From an uncultured Thermoleophilia bacterium (GTDB taxonomy: Bacteria; Actinomycetota; Thermoleophilia; UBA2241): DNA of 64,000 bases. Below the pieces are notes generated by a model. The model saw nothing but the letters and a program-made list of their open reading frames with translations, had not been told where the DNA came from and did not search any database. The stretch's first letter is position 1. Every line of letters starts with the position of its first letter. The stretch spans positions 447 to 64,446 of the forward strand of contig CAWIDR010000021.1 in assembly GCA_963834905.1 (NCBI GenBank), in the 5' to 3' direction. The position numbers and the translations under genes were made by a program. Shown one piece after another: positions 62,081 through 64,000 of the stretch.

Positions 62081-62943
62081 CCAAGACCCTCGCCTACTAC
62101 CCCGGCTGCTCGCTGCACGGCACCTCCGGGGAGTTCGACGCCAGCTTCAAGGCGACGGCCCGGGCGCTCGACGTGGTGCTCGAGGAGATCCCGGGCTGGG
62201 AGTGCTGCGGCAACACCGCGGCGCACTCGATCAACCGCCTGCTGAGCGTGGCGCTGCCGGTCAACGAGCTCGCCAAGGTCGAGCAGGACATGAAGCTCGA
62301 CGCGGTGGCCGTCCCGTGCGCCGCCTGCTACAGCCGCTTCACGACCGGCGCCCACGAAGTCGCCGAGAGCGAGGAGATGGCGGCCGACGTCCGTGCCGTG
62401 GTCGGCCGCGCCTACAACGGCGGCGTCGCCGTCGACAACCTGATCGACGTCTACCACGACGCCGTCGGCCTCGACGAGCTCGCCGCCAAGGTGACCAGGC
62501 CGTTCGCCGGCCTCAAGGTCGCCTGCTACTACGGCTGCCTGCTCACCCGGCCGCCCAAGGTCACGCTCGCCGACGACCCCGAGTACCCCACGCACATGGA
62601 CGAGGTCGTCAAGGCCATCGGCTGCGAGCCCGTCGACTGGAACTACAAGACCGACTGCTGCGGCGCCTCGCTGGCGCTCACCGAGCAGGGCATCGTCGAC
62701 GACCTCGTCGGCCGCATCCTCACCGACGCCAAGGCGTGCGGCGCGGAGGCCGTGATCGTCGCCTGCCCGCTCTGCCAGGTGAACCTGGACGGGCGGCAGG
62801 TCGAGATCACCAAGAAGGACGCCGGCTGGCAGGGCATCCCCGTGGTGTTCCTCAGCCAGCTCGTCGGCCGCGCGCTCGGCCTCGACGACAAGGCGCTCGG
62901 CCTCAAGAAGCACCTCGTGGACATCATGGCGGTGATGGCGTAG
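62077..62943 (+). CDS. hdrB: Heterodisulfide reductase subunit B-like (two CCG domains)
   Basis: YYPGC, WECCG, PCAACY, YYGCLL, DCCGA, ACPLCQ. Confidence 0.92.
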   Translation: MTKTLAYYPGCSLHGTSGEFDASFKATARALDVVLEEIPGWECCGNTAAHSINRLLSVALPVNELAKVEQDMKLDAVAVPCAACYSRFTTGAHEVAESEEMAADVRAVVGRAYNGGVAVDNLIDVYHDAVGLDELAAKVTRPFAGLKVACYYGCLLTRPPKVTLADDPEYPTHMDEVVKAIGCEPVDWNYKTDCCGASLALTEQGIVDDLVGRILTDAKACGAEAVIVACPLCQVNLDGRQVEITKKDAGWQGIPVVFLSQLVGRALGLDDKALGLKKHLVDIMAVMA

Positions 62944-62994
62944 GCCATCGCACCGCCGTCAGGCCGGCTGCGCCGGCCCTGATCCGAGCCACAC

Positions 62995-63024
62995 GAAGAG
63001 GGGCGCCGCGAGGCGCCCCTCTTC
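62995..63024 (+). terminator. Terminator closing the hdr-met operon
   Basis: GAAGAGGGGCGCC-GCGA-GGCGCCCCTCTTC perfect stem. Confidence 0.85.
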
Positions 63025-63139
63025 ACGTACGGGAGACCTGCCGGCGCGCCGCGGACGCGCCACACCACGCGCACGCTTCACGGCCCGGCGGCCCGGGAGT
63101 AGAGTCCGGGTGGCACCGCCGGCAGCAGAAGGAGCAGTC

Positions 63140-63812
63140 ATGGACGAGCAGCAGGAGCAGCCGCAGGAGGCGCGACCGGCGCCGGAGACACCTGACGGCG
63201 GCGCCGCCGTGGCCACCGGCGGGCGGGCGCTCGTGGTGTACGCGACGAAGCACGGGTCGACCCGGGAGATCGCCGACGCGGTCGCCGCCGAACTCCGCGC
63301 CGCCTTCAGCGACGTCGACGTCCGCGAGGCCGGCTCGGCTCCGCCGCCGGCCGGCTACGACGCCGTCGTGGTCGGCGGCCCGATGATCATGGGCTGGCAC
63401 CGCGACGCCGAACGCTACGTCAAGAAGCACCGGGACCAGCTCGCGAGCGTCCCGTTCGCCCTGTTCGTCACCGCCGCATCGCTGACCGAGGACGGCATGG
63501 ACGCCTTCCAGGGCGTCCCCGTCGCCAAGGACCCCTGGCTCGTCAAGAAGCCGGGCAACGCCGACAAGCTCACGCGCAAGGAGCGCTACGCGCTGCCGTC
63601 GCACTACCTCGGCGACATCTCCAAGGCCTGCGCGCCGGCGCGGCCGCGCACGCGTGGCGTTCCTCGCCGGGTCACTCGACCTCACGACCATGAACGTCTT
63701 CGAGAAGCTGTTCGTGCTCCTGATCGTCGGCGCGACGCCGGGAGACGGCCGCCACTGGGACTTCGTGCGCGAGTGGGCCGCCGAGGCGGCGAGGACGCTC
63801 TCGGCCGGCTAG
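63140..63812 (+). CDS. Flavodoxin-domain protein (HemG/Flavodoxin_5-like; frameshift near 63650; absent from ORF track)
   Basis: Read directly: ALVVYATKHGSTREIADAV, YDAVVVGGP, PFALFV, AFLAGSLD, DGRHWDFVREWA; AAGGAG RBS. Confidence 0.82.
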
Positions 63813-64000
63813 GCGCGGCGAGCGCCGGCCTCGAGCCCGCGCCCCCGCGCGCGAACAGGAGCCGCACGCGCGCCGCGGCCGCCGTGCCGGCCATCGTCCA
63901 CCAGATCGGCGCGTGCGGCGCGGGGTCGGTCAAAGTGCACCCCGGCGACGCGGAGCGGGGCGGCGGGCGAACGCTTCGCCACCCGCCGCCCCGCTCCCGT

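Noticed and set aside
54802-62943. Methanogenesis or archaeal origin
   Set aside because: Context is bacterial (dnaX, recR, csp, PASTA), and the hdr genes are interleaved with metVF.

Overview
High-GC chromosomal window from a probably anaerobic bacterium. PASTA-domain kinase, large SRP RNA and Rex-like operator suggest a Gram-positive lineage, possibly a deep Actinomycetota such as Thermoleophilia (inference). Many genes, including essential ones (dnaX, recR), carry single-base frameshifts, best explained as long-read indel errors; CDS calls below are stitched across them. Content in order: ada; sulfate-activation cluster (truncated cysH paralog, cysH, cysD, cysN with a degenerate APS-kinase tail); cold-shock gene; tRNA-Val; acs, a PASTA pseudokinase and a Pat-type acetyltransferase; SRP RNA-dnaX-ybaB-(repeat-rich gap)-recR; a 2-oxoacid:ferredoxin oxidoreductase operon; FNR, MFS; a DUF2318/ABC/cytochrome c/two-component metal-response island; P-type ATPase, nth, oxoprolinase, aminotransferase, amidohydrolase; and hdrA(large)-mvhD-metV-metF-hdrC-hdrB. 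The standout is 19358-27494. porC-porD-porA are followed by HydC- and HydB-like (bifurcating-type) subunits, and then by one polypeptide in which a NuoG/GltD (StnC-like) module is fused to PorB. This is a candidate electron-bifurcating 2-oxoacid:NAD(P)/ferredoxin oxidoreductase, possibly bridged by a ferredoxin split across two subunits. No CRISPR array, rRNA or transposase was seen.
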